A stretch of DNA of 63,740 bases, filler included, from Chrysochromulina tobinii (lineage: Eukaryota), in NCBI GenBank assembly GCA_001275005.1. It is 6 parts of 6 records of this genome, joined end to end, with 100 filler letters (N's around TTAATTAATTAA, not from the genome) between each part and the next. Parts side by side here need not be neighbours in the genome. Positions count along the whole stretch, not along the records: positions 44,428 to 52,396 come from JWZX01000522.1; positions 52,497 to 62,496 come from JWZX01000525.1; 4 more parts are not named here. The stretch is one strand, 5' to 3'. Both the position numbers and the translations under genes were made by a program. The stretch's first letter is position 1. Each line of letters begins with the position of its first letter. Positions 44,870 through 56,400 of this stretch are shown piece after piece. The notes under the pieces are model-generated. The model had not been told where the DNA came from, did not search any database, and was given only the letters and a program-made list of their open reading frames with translations.

Positions 44870-47340
44870 TCAAGGCGGCCGCCGTGTACACTCTGTTCGT
44901 TCTCGTCTCCGGCCCGTGACGCTCCCCGGGCCTTTGGCGTTGTGGCCCACTCCGTCCTCCAGCCACCACCATAGCCGGATTCCTTCTTTAACGCCCTCCA
45001 TCGCCGTTTGCGCTCTTCCCCGCCTCCTTCCTTCCGCCTGTCTTTGCCTCCCTTCCACGTCTGCCGTCGTGCCATTTCCTCCTGCCTTGTCACTCCCCTC
45101 CGTCGTTTCGACTTCTGCCGTCAGCCCCCGTCCTTTCCCATTGACATACCATATCGCTGTCGTGCCTCTCACCAGTCTCGCCCATGTCGCTAGTGCCCTA
45201 ATCCTCTGTCCCAACCTCGCCCACCACACCTCAGTGCTCATCCGTCTGATCCGTCTCGTTGCTCCTCGGCCTTCTGCAACGGTCATCATCGCTCTCCTCT
45301 TTGTCCTGGTACTTTCTGCCTTGGCCTGCGCTTCTCCCGCAGCGAGTTTGTCCAACCGGTGCCTTTGTGCTTGCCCTGTTGCGGCGTCCCGCCACGCTCT
45401 GATTACCAGCTTACTCCATCCCCTGTGCTCCTCTCGTTCCCTCTTCCATGTCTCCGCCTTCCGTCCCGTCTCAATCGCTGTGTGTTTCAGGTCCAGCGCC
45501 AGGTGTACGAGCTCTCTTCGGCGCCCGTCTATTTCCTTCTCGAGCTTCGTGGACGCCTCCGGTATGTTCGGCAGCTGCGCTGACAGAACCTGTGCATACG
45601 CTCGCCATTCCATGTCCGTGACTCTGTCTCCCTGGACCGCTCTGTTCGATGCCGCCATGGCCCTGGCGCACACCGCTTTCACCTCCTTTGCTCCCTCACC
45701 TTTCAATCCTTTTACCGCTTTGAAGATGTCCTTCATACCTTCTGCGACCTCCTTTCTGATTGCCACACTCGTTCCTGCGCACCTCCCCGTCAGCCAGTGG
45801 CGCATCGTGGCCAGTGGTGCCGTCTCTTCAGGTACCTGTCCGCCACCTGCTGTTATTTCCCGCCTTGCTCTGAGGCACGCCGCGCATCCCCATTCCCCAC
45901 ATCGCGTCGCCGCGCCTCCCTCCGCTCCCTCTGACCGCTTCCGCCGTTCCCAGGTCTGTTCGTGCGTCGCGCCAATCGTGTCCCCGTTCCTGAGGCCCAT
46001 GATGACTCCCACGTACTGATTGTGTGTTTGCACGTCTTCCCAGGTCGGCTTTGTGATCGTGCTCTTCTCCGACACTTGCACTTTCGTCATGTGCAGTGCT
46101 CGGGCTCCCAACTCCTTCCAGATGGCCCCTTCCTGCCCCGCTGTGATCCTGCCCTTCTCTACTCCCTCTTCCATGTGCGCCCTGGTGTGCTCCGCCGCCC
46201 TCTTTCTCGTGCCGCTGTATGTGGCGAGGTCTGACATCACCCATCCCTCGCTCGTCCACCATTCACAGATCCGCGGCCGCGTCTCATTCCACTTTGCCAC
46301 TCGGCTCGTGGCGTCCTCGAGTTCGGCATCCAGGTGTGCTTTCGCGCTCGCGTCTGCGTACTCATTTGGGGAGCATCCGGTGTGCGCGGGTACATACATG
46401 ATGACCACGATCCCCAGGTGCGCTCGGATTCTACAGATGGCCTCGAGCAGCGCTCGGCGGTCTCCTTTGGTCTCGTGCCGCACCTCCCCTTCCCTCCATG
46501 CTCTCTCTATCTCCTTGATGGCGCTCTGGCAGTCGGACAGGATCAGGATCCTTTTCGCACTCACGGCCTCCGCGCCCTCCGCGCTTCTCGTTTCCAGGTA
46601 CACTCGCAGCAGCGCTCTGAACACCGCGTACATCTCCGCGTCCATGACCTCCCACGTAGCAGGTAGCCGACCCCCTTCCATTCCCCGTCCCGTAGCGCGC
46701 TCTTCCATTCCCGGCTCGGCTTGCAGCATTCTGAGCCCCTCCTCCTCGTGCGCCCCTTGTTCCCGCAGCCGGGCTCCCGACCAGATGCCGAACGCCGTTC
46801 TCCCGTCTCGATGCTTTGAGCCGTCCGTGGCGAACGCGTGCGTGAACCATACCGCCGCGTGCAGGTCCATCGCCACCCTCATCGCCTCCCCACTTTCCTT
46901 CCTTGACCGTTCCCCGCTGCCTCTCAGTGCCTCCCTCCCCCCCTTGTCGAGTTTCACCCCCCTTCCGCTCATGGTGTGCACCTTCCCACCCCCCTCGAAG
47001 CTTTGGCATCTGCCAAACAGTCGTGCGACCGGGTCCGCTTCTACTTCTCTTTCTGCAATGTATTCGAACCCCGCCCCTGTCCCTGTGCACCCCTCGAACG
47101 TGCCCTCGCCGTCCAGGTCCATTGCGTGCAGCGGGAACGTCGCCGGGAGCACTGAGTCATACTCCCCCCTTTGATTCCGTCGTGCCTCCTCTCTGCGTTC
47201 CTTTTCGATCTCCACCCTTCGCTTTGCTTCGCCCGGCTGTACCTGCACTCCCGCTTCCTCGCACTTCAGTCCCGCCCCCGCCCCTTCCTTTGTGATCGTT
47301 TCGCCCTGTTCGTTGATTCCCTCTATCTGACGCCGTACTC
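44870..47340 (-). mobile_element. 5'-truncated non-LTR retrotransposon (LINE) ORF2 fragment: RNase H plus C-terminal Zn-knuckle-like motif
   Basis: RNase H: FATDGSK, DAEMYAV, ILILSDCQSA, MYVPAHTG..PNEYADASAK. Then CAAC...TMRHWLTGRC. Strong purine skew on the coding strand. No RT YxDD motif. The frame is open upstream of the GTG at 47248, with no ATG, up to a stop at 47372-47374. Confidence 0.82.
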
Positions 47341-48908
47341 CGGGGTCAGGGCACAGGGGGCTGTAGGAGCGTTAGTTAAAGAACGTAGGGAGCGCGCGAT
47401 CCATGAGTGACCGAATCACGGCGAACGCCGTTTTGCACCCACGTCCCGACCTCACGTGCCACGTGCCACGAGCGTCTCGCCTCCGTTACTCTATCTCTAA
47501 AAAGTGTAACGAGGTCCCCGAACGGTCGACGGCGGGACCCGCACGCGCAGTCCGCGAACCATAGGGTGGGGATAGGGTAAAAGTGAGGGCATTTTGGCGT
47601 AAGACGGTAAAAGTGTCCAGCTGGACAAGAATTGCGTAAAACGGTAAAAGTCCTCGAGCCTCCGTATCCAGGGTAAAAGCAGGGTAAACGAGCCACGGTT
47701 ATTCCTGAAAACACCAGTTTACTCAATGGGTAGGCACCACTAGTCGCGGACCGACGGGGGGCGCGTTCCCTCGTGGGGCAACTTGATTACGAACTAAACA
47801 GCACCTAAACAGTCAAATAATGCACATAATGCAAGGGTACAAATCGACAGATCTCGGAACGTAGGCCCCCGATCCTCAATAATCCTTTCTGAATTATATG
47901 TAAGAAACCCAGTAACCAACGCTCGCAAACAGCACTTCCAAATTTCCTTGCCAAATTTGTGGGGAGTCGAGGGAGTCGACCTTCATCCAGCGTGAAGAGG
48001 GCTGTGGGGAAAACCTTGGGTATGCGCGACTGCTCGCGTCTCGCCACCATCGTTCTATGGTGGACTGGCGCAGAAAAACCTTTTTAGGGTTTTTCATGTC
48101 AGAGACCCGCCTCACTTTTCTGCCTATCCAGACCCCGACGACCGATGACACGAGACGCCAGGTGCGCGCGCGACCCCGAAAACACGCAGCGCTCACCACC
48201 CTCTACCCGCGCAGCCCTTACGCACGACAACACGACGCGATCCGGGATGCGCTACTGCTGCCACGCTCATGTGCCACGCTATACTGCTTGCCGCTGCTGC
48301 CACACCACTGCTGCGCCACTCTGCCACTAACCGCACTGCTTCGCACCGCCACGGCGTGCTGCGTACACGCCGATGACGTCAAACTGCTGCTGCCTCGCTG
48401 CTGCTACCTTGCTATCCTCGCCTCCAATACTCCAACTAAAGCAAAACAAAGCAAACAACCAAGCCGTATACCCTACCTCAAGTCGCTCGGAGTCAAAATC
48501 ACCGAAGTCGACTGAGACAACCGTGTTCATGTGTGAATAGTGGTGGGTGTCTGTAACCGATCATCGTATGGTCGAGGTTGTCCAGTTGCCTTTCCGGGCA
48601 AGTATCCGGGCAGAGCCAGTCCCCGACTCTGTTCCGTGACTGGACGACAGCGACCTCGACGGTGGTCCTTGTCTTTGTGCGTGTGCGCAGTGGCGCCAGT
48701 GCACAGCTCAGTGGAGCATACAACAGTGGAAACCAGTACGCCTTAGTATAACAGCATGTCATCTACTGGCTCTCCAATCGACCTTGACGAAGACGAGAGC
48801 GACGAGGACGAGAACGATGAGGAACAAACGGGCGTCGACGACCAAGCAGAAGAAGCGGTCGAGGAGGACGAGGACAACGAACTCTGACTCGAGCCTTCGG
48901 CTCACAAC

Positions 48909-49261
48909 GTGTACCTGCTGCGAAGCGCGCATACGCGCCGGACGTACATAGGCTACTCACCGGATCCATATCGTCGTCTATGGCAGCATAATGGGGAGAT
49001 CGCAGGTGGAAGTTCGACAGAAGTGCCCCTACCGCAGGACGGCCGTGGGAACTTGTGCTCTTCGTGCGCGGTTTTCGTTCCAAGCACAGTGCGCTCGCTT
49101 TCGAATACGCGTGGCAAAAGCCGCATTCGAGCCGGCACACGGCACACGCATGTGGAGCTTCTCGGGATGAGCAAGTGTTCGGTTCGTACGAGTGTCAGCG
49201 TGCGTCGTTAGTGCGTCGTCGTACGCTCTCATTGCTACTCGAGCACATTGTGTTACTCTAG
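48909..49261 (+). pseudogene. SLX1-like GIY-YIG endonuclease relic (frameshifted)
   Basis: VYLLRS...[24 protein letters not shown], then in another frame [29 protein letters not shown]. Frame break near 49015-49030; no ATG start; the upstream acidic stretch ends in a stop. Confidence 0.8.
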
Positions 49262-50085
49262 GGTATGTGAGCCGCTCTCGGTGTGTGAGGTCGCGTAAAA
49301 GTTTTTAGGGTGGAAGTCGCAAGGCCCGCGTTTAGCGGTTCACATCAGACCGTAATCCAGGCGACCTGGTCTTGAAGCGCTTAAGAAGCGCTCCCGTCTC
49401 CTGAACTGAGACAAGACTGAGCTAGCCAGCCGGACTGGGACTCGTCGTCGTGTGGTAAGCGACTACCGGTACTAGGAGTATACGATGTTCGATGAGCGCA
49501 TTGTAGTATGGCGCAGAATCCAGAAAAGAGTACGTCGCGATGCAACCCTGCATTCGCAGTGGCTGCATTCGCAATCCTGCACACTCGACAGCCGCCACAC
49601 GCGCGCGCAGCACACAGCACATGAGATGGCGCCTGCCGCCATCGGTATCGCCCCCGGCCGCCCGTCAAGTCTACGCCCCCAGGTCACGCATAGCGACCTC
49701 TCTGAGACGAATGCCAACGAGACTCGAACACCAGCATGTATCCCCCCATAACCCCCCCCCCCCCGCACGCGCCCGAGTCGCACCTGCCCCCTCGCAAAGA
49801 CGAGCGCCTCTCCCCGGGCACCTGTTCAGCACCAGTTAAGCACCAGTAGCGCCGTGCTGAGCAGCGGCACGCCTCTCGCGCACACACGTGCCCAGGGCGG
49901 CGCATGCCCAGGGCGGCGCATGCCCAGGGCGGCACGCGGCACCGCCGCCTGCGACCCTCTCTCTCACTTCTTCTTGCCGCCTTTGGCTGCGACTGCCTCG
50001 TACTTGAGGACCGCAAACATTGGACCAAACGTCTGGCCGTCAGCAGAGAGCTGCACGGCGGCTGCGAAGGATCGTATAGTGGTGA

Positions 50086-50874
50086 TCATCGCGAGCGGGC
50101 CCGTGCACGTCGAGCAATAGCATTATTGTCCAAATCGTGCAAGCTCGACGAAACATTTAGTCTGTCCTGCACAAAGAAGCCCTGGCCAAAGGTGCCTGGG
50201 ATCGTGAAAGGTGGCGGATGAATACAATTCCAACTGCTTCGCCTGTCCATGCATCTTTGATGCATCGCTTGGTCAATACCCGTGCCAAAAGGATAGCAAT
50301 TTTTGGTCTGATCGAGGAGCCATAGAGCAGTATGAGGTAAGACAAAGATGGCGTGCGTGGTATAGAAATTGTGCCACTCTCCTAAGTACGCTAGGTCACA
50401 TCTTCGCTTGGACTGCAAGCACGATGTCACGACAAAGTTTGCCACTGAGTGCCCACCACCCGCATATGCAACATCATCTTCAAAAATGGCCATGGCCACA
50501 CCTGTGCTCGCGATCAAAGTCCAAGCGTTCCTCATCGCATGACGCAGCCCATTTGCACCGCCTCCACACAACGTGTAATTGGTCTCATTGAGGAAGACAG
50601 CAGGTATCCAAACGGTTGACCGAATGTCAGACTTTCTGATTTCGCTCGCAGCTCGTTCAAATCGTTGAACGGATGGTGCAAGCACGAGCGCCGTAATGTT
50701 GACGCGAGCAACACGCACATGCGTATTCATGCCATGTAGATTGTCATCGAGGCGTCCAGGAATTCCAGCAGGAGCCCAAGGCAGATCGCGATTACTGGGC
50801 TTACTGGAAACTGCTGGGACCAATGGGTCGTTTACTACCAGGCACGGCAACAAACAAAGAAGCGAAGACGCCAT
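50086..50874 (-). CDS. Glycosyltransferase family 25-like protein with signal peptide
   Basis: MASSLLCLLPCLVV; RFER; GL.HAMRNAW..I......AIFEDDV; DLAYLG; TTHAIFV; GIDQ. Confidence 0.6.
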   Translation of the reverse strand: MASSLLCLLPCLVVNDPLVPAVSSKPSNRDLPWAPAGIPGRLDDNLHGMNTHVRVARVNITALVLAPSVQRFERAASEIRKSDIRSTVWIPAVFLNETNYTLCGGGANGLRHAMRNAWTLIASTGVAMAIFEDDVAYAGGGHSVANFVVTSCLQSKRRCDLAYLGEWHNFYTTHAIFVLPHTALWLLDQTKNCYPFGTGIDQAMHQRCMDRRSSWNCIHPPPFTIPGTFGQGFFVQDRLNVSSSLHDLDNNAIARRARARSR

Positions 50875-51496
50875 GATCGTCGCGCAAGGAATCCTACGTT
50901 CCACACAAATTCCGCTTACTAGGAAATCCCATGTGGATCCTCCAACCGGCGTCGGGACTGCGCATGCAATGCATTCTTTAAAGCGCGCAGGTGAGGAAAA
51001 AGGAATCTCGTCCTTCTCGACTCCGAATTGCAAATTCCCGAATGGGCTGCGCGCGCGCGCGGCGTCGTGAGCAGCCAGCCCTGCTGCTGCTCGAGCGGGT
51101 CGACGGCTCCCGCGTCCCGGCAGCCGGCCCGGCCGCTACCCTCGCTGATGTTTTTATTATTACTAGTAACGCCCTCATTCACGTGGGACGTGTGTGATTT
51201 CACGAGAGTCGCCACACGAGAGTCGCCACGCGCGCAGCGGCGCGGCGCAGGGCCCGTCGCGGAGCAGCCTCCAGTACATGACGCATGCGCCGACGCGATG
51301 TGACCGCGCTCAAGGCTGTACTCATGAAGGCACCGATACATCCGACCAAAGAGCTCAGATGGACCGGAGCTGGCATTGTCGAAGCCGCCCAGGTCCACAC
51401 ACAGACACACAACAAAATGGCGGATGGAACTTTGATCTTTGCAAACGGCGATGCATCGCGGAGCACCGCCCATGAACCTGGCATGCTCAAAGCTGT

Positions 51497-51828
51497 TCAT
51501 CTCTTTCGCGCGTTCGCCTGGGCCTGGGCCTGCTCGATCGCGTCTCCTCGCAACCATGTGTTGTACGCCACGTACCCACCCGCCGCCCGTACGCCCGGCG
51601 GCATCTGCTGCGGCAGCGGCGGCCCCCCACGGCCAGCAAGGCCAGGCGAGCCGTAATACTGCGGCGGCGGTGGCACCCCGTAGCCCGGCGGGTAGCCGGG
51701 CGGTGGACCGTAGTTCGGAGCATACGCCGGCTGCTGGGGTGGCGGCGGCTGTCGCTGTGGTGGGGGGGCACCATAGCCGGGAGGCAGGCCATACCCGGGA
51801 GGCGGGCCATACCCGGGCGGGAATGGCG

Positions 51829-51865
<37 letters not shown>

Positions 51866-52396
51866 AAATTGCTGTTGCTGCTGCTGTTGCTGCTGCTGCA
51901 TCTGCTGCTGCTGCGCAAGCAAAAATGTACTGCTGCTGCTGCTGTGGCGGCAGCGACGCAAAGTAAGCCTGCTGAGCCATAAATTGCTGGTAGGCGGCGT
52001 CGTTCGCCGGCGGCGCTTGCAGCGGGGCCGCCGCAGCGGCGGCCTTGGGGACCCTCTTTGGCGCCCGACTCGGCGCGGGGGGCACCTGCTGCTGCGGCTG
52101 CTGCTGTGCAGCCTGCTGAGCCAGAAACTGCTGGTAGGCGGCGTCGTTCGCCGGCAGCGCTTGCAGCGGGGCCGCCGCAGCGGCGGCCTTGGGGACCTTC
52201 TTTGGCGCCCGACTCGGCGCGGGGGGCACCTGCTGCGGCGGCGGCGGTGGCGACAACTGCTGCGCCGGAGCATACTGACCTGAGGGGTCGGCAAAGGCCA
52301 CGCCCCCTGGGGCAACGTTGATGACGCCCCCGGCGAGGCCCTTGGCCTTGCGCGCAGCGCCGCCCGTGAGTCGCACGCCGCCCTTGGTGACGTTCG
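51497..52396 (-). CDS. C-terminal Gln/Pro/Tyr-rich tail of an unidentified gene (5' truncated), with one apparent homopolymer indel
   Basis: The frame ...PANDAAYQQF...QQQQQYI joins LLAQQQQ...PPGYGPPPGY...NARKR* if one base is removed from the A5 run near 51921-51925. Confidence 0.6.
51966..52236. repeat. 144-bp coding tandem duplication
   Basis: QQVPPAPSRAPK.VPKAAAAAAPLQA.PANDAAYQQF.AQQA occurs twice with period 144 nt; a poly-CAG tract is adjacent at ~51830-51945. Confidence 0.9.
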
Positions 52397-52496
52397 NNNN
52401 NNNNNNNNNNNNNNNNNNNNNNNNNNNNNNNNNNNNNNNNTTAATTAATTAANNNNNNNNNNNNNNNNNNNNNNNNNNNNNNNNNNNNNNNNNNNN
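52397..52496. other. Artificial contig-joining spacer
   Basis: N44-TTAATTAATTAA-N44. Confidence 0.99.
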
Positions 52497-53458
52497 ATTA
52501 ACGCGTATTAACGATGGTAATCAAGTTGCCCCGCTGACGCGAGAGCACCCCCGTCGCCGTTACACCCCCGTCGACTACCCTTGCTCTACAATAGTATGAC
52601 ACATCTGGGGGTGTTGCCGAAACTTCGTTTCGCGCACTGAGACAAAAGTTTCTTCTGACGACAACCGATAATGGCATGCATTACTGATACTCCAGAGTGC
52701 GCGAACGTTACTCAATGACGTTACTGGTCCATATTGTAAGTCCACACTCCACAGTTTCGTCCGAGATAAGGCCCCGCGGCGAGGTCGGTCGGACGTTTGG
52801 GTATCGTTTCCCGGAGGTCGACTTTTCGTCGAAAACGGTGTGTGGATTTCCAAATCCACACTGAGCGTCCACTGGTCGCCCAACCCAACCCCGACCCCGA
52901 CCCCGACTAGCGACCTCGGCCTCGCCGCCGCCCGGACCGCCACGTGCTCAAGGGTCGAAATCTCGACATGACGACTTCTTCGGGCAATCCATTTTGCTGC
53001 GAGCAAGCAGAGGGAAGCCACTTCGTGGATCACTTCGTGCCTCGCAAAGAAACCGAGCGAGGTTGTCAAGTAGGTTCCTAACGAGAGTTACCGCATCCAA
53101 GCTTTGAATGTTTGAAACGGCCGAACGTTTCGTCTGTTCGTGGGTTTTCATGTTGCACAACTAATGCACTTTCCATTTCGCATTTGGTTGAGTGCATGAG
53201 AAGATAACACTTTCATATTATTCGTCGTTGTCCGTCAGAAAATCACGCAATCAACGGTTAGCAACCATCGTCTCGAAGTTAACGAAGAAACATCTGATCG
53301 TTTGTGTCGGCACCCCGGCGGCGCGGCGGGTGGGACCGTATAATTATCATCTGATTTTGTATCGTCACATTACGAAGAGACAGCGTTACATTTACGTACA
53401 CCGCGGCATCTCGGTCGGTCGGTCCTGGCGTCCTGCGAAGTCCTGCGGGTCCGCCCCA

Positions 53459-56400
53459 TCAATTGAACTGCATTTCGGTTCCGGCAAACATGAATGCTTG
53501 CTGCACTCCGTCAACCTTCTTGACGGCTTCGACGCTCAAGGCAATGCACTCGCGGGTCGGGCCTCCCAGGTGGAACTCCATCGTGGCAAGTCCGTTGCGG
53601 TGCGACTGCGTGCGCACTCCGAGGATGGACAAGTCACCCGCGTCCGAGATGGCCTCAGACACATCCACGAGGAGCCGGCGCCGGTCGCGGCAGACGACCA
53701 GAATGCGCCCTTCAGCCAGCTCGTCCTTTGGCGTAGCCTCGTGCCGCTCGTCATGATCGCCATGTGCGCCCTGAGCGCCCTCGTGAGCGCCCTCGAACGT
53801 GGCGGCAGGCAGCAGAGGCATGGGCGGCGGCAGTCGCGCCGCGTCGCACTGGCTCTCAGCCGCCTCCGATAGAGGCATCCAAGTGGGTGAGAGATGCACT
53901 GCTATTGAGGCCGAGGAGAGCGCCGGGATGGTAGGCGAGTAAGGCCAAGCTGCGAGCAAAGGCGAGGGCGGTGGCAGCGTCGCTGCCTCCGCCGCATCGA
54001 GCCGGCTGCGCAGCATCTCGTTAGAGGACGCGAGCTTCGCGCGCTGTGCCTCGCCTAGCTGCTCGCGCGCGCTCAGAGCCTCGAGCGCCGCACGAAGCTC
54101 GCGGGCCTCGTCGGGCATCTCGGCTATCTCCTCCTTGGAGACTACCCTGGTGAGGCTGCGCAAAGCGTTATTGGGCGACTTTGGGCTTTTGGGGGCGCCG
54201 TCCTGGGCACCGTGCCGTCCGGGGCTTTTGGGGGCGCCGTCCTGGGCACTGTGCCGTCCGGGGCTTTTGGGGCCGTCCTGGGCGCCGTCCTGGGCACCGT
54301 GCCGTCCGGGGCTCTTGGGATTCGTAGCGGCGGGCTGTAGGGGTGGCGGGAAGGGCAGCGGCGGGCTCCGCGCTTTCGGCGAGGGCGAGTCCGGCGGCAC
54401 GTGCGGCTGCGTGGGTGGCGCATCCCGCGAGATGGATAAGTGGAAGAGGAAGGAGCTATCCGCGCCGCTCAGCTCGTCGTGTGCGGGTCCGTAACTGCTA
54501 TCGAGGCTCAAGCTGCCCAACTCCCCGAGCAGCCCGAGCGCGGTCATGTTCGCGAGACGCGACGCGATGGGTCGTACGATCTCGGGGATCACGGAGGCCG
54601 GAGCCGCGTGGAGCCGAGCGCTGATCGGGGATCCGGGTATGTTTTCAGGAGGCGAGTGCGCCATCGCGCCGGCGGCAGGCGGCGGCGGCGCATGGTCACC
54701 AGCTAGGGCCTCCGCAGCGCCGCCCCCCGGCGGCCCTTGCCCCATGAGGACCGCAACCTGGCGTGCCGAGGGAGGCTCGAAGTGACGAGCGGAGGCTCCG
54801 AGCGCCGAGCCGAGCGCCACGGGCTCGTCCCGAGCGCCGTCGCGGGCGCACCGCGAGCCTGGCAGACCCGTCAGGGCCGCGGGCAAGATGAGAAGGCGGC
54901 GTGGTGGGCTGCGACGGCCCTCGCCACTACCGTCGTCGTAGCCATCATTGGAGTCGTTCGACAGGCGCGGGCGCCTTGATAAGTAACTTAGGGCAGACCG
55001 TAGGCTTTCGCTGAGCTGTGAATCGACGCGCGGGGGACTCGCTGCCACGTCAGCACGGGTGCCGCCGCCGCCGAGCACACTGCCGCCTAACAGGGTGCCG
55101 TCGCCGCACGATCTGCCGCCAGCCGGGCGCTCGTCGCTGTGGAGACCGGGCGTGAAGCCAAATTTGGACGTGCCAGGGGGGGCTCGCGCCTCCCAGGGCA
55201 CCTCCGACGGGGCGAGAATCGGTGCAGAGGCGATGCGCTTCGCGCGGGGCGGCTGCTCGCGCTGGTTGTTCACGGGCTGCGGCTGGTTGATCGCGGTCAC
55301 GGCCGGGCTGGCCTGGCTGGCAGGGCCGGCATGGCTGCTGCCCAAATCGCTGCCAGGCCTGGCATGGCTGCCCAGCTCGGTTCCAGTCCGAGCTTGCCAG
55401 GGCTCAGAACCAGGGCGCATCGCCGATCCGCCACCCGGCAGGTCACCCTCCCTCGATTCCCGTCGAGAGGGCCCCCGCGAGCCCGACGGCTGGCTGCCCG
55501 TGGCTTTCTGCGAGCCGTCGTTTGAGAGCGGCCTCTGCGGCGACCGTTTCCCAGGGCTGCTTGTCGCCGAGCCTCCACGGGTATTGCTGATGCTGCTGCT
55601 GCTGCAGCAGCACGCGGCCTCAATTGCGGGGGAGCGCAAGGCAGCGAGCAGCCCTGCAAGCGTGAGTCGGAGCTCCGGCTGCGGGTGAAGGAGAGCCGAG
55701 CTCTCGGCGAGTGCCGTGAGCGCGCGCGGGTGCGGCGCCTTCGCGAGCGCCTCCGGCTCGTCCACCTCGCCTAGCGCGATGCGCTGCGAGAGTACAAGTA
55801 GACTTGAGCCCGCCTCAAACGGCCGCCGGAGGGTGAGCAGCTCGTACAGGATCACACCAACGCCCCACACGTCGGCGGGCGCGCCGTACGGCTTGCCGCA
55901 GGCCATCTCGGGCGAGATGTACAGCGGCGTGCCGCAGTACGAGGTGGCCAAGTCGATGCCCGGCGAGAGCCGCGTCGCCAAGCCGAAATCGCCCAACTTG
56001 ATCTCGTCCGAGGCAGAGAGGAAGACGTTGCGGGACTTGACGTCGCGGTGGAGCACAGCGCGCGCGTGCACGTGCTCGAGCGCCGAGGCGAGCTGCGTCG
56101 TCCAGCGCACCACGCGACCGCTCGCGAAGGCCGCGCCTGCGTGTTGCCCGCGGCTGCCCGCCTGCATGCTGATCTTGCGCGCGAGCGTGTCGCCCGCGGC
56201 ATGCTCCGTGATGATGTTCAGTGTGTCGCCCACCTGGAAGGAGCCCAGGTACGAGATGATGTTGGGATGCGACATCTGGTGCAGCACGCAGACCTCGCGC
56301 TCGAGCTGCTGCAGCTTCGCCGAACTGCGACAGTCTACGCGCACGCGCTTGCACACGACGCACTGCCCAGTCCACGGGTCGCGGAGCAGCACCGCGCTGC

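Noticed and set aside
44754..47174. Hydrophobic plus-strand ORFs (421 and 384 aa)
   Set aside because: Antisense shadows of the purine-skewed LINE ORF.
44870..49261. A single element combining RNase H and GIY-YIG (Penelope-like)
   Set aside because: They are on opposite strands about 1.5 kb apart, there is no RT, and the GIY-YIG is SLX1-type; more likely independent insertions.
49684..50088. Selenocysteine or readthrough at the TGA ending the GT25-like gene (the frame stays open afterwards)
   Set aside because: The downstream translation is not protein-like, there is no redox motif, and no SECIS was recognised.
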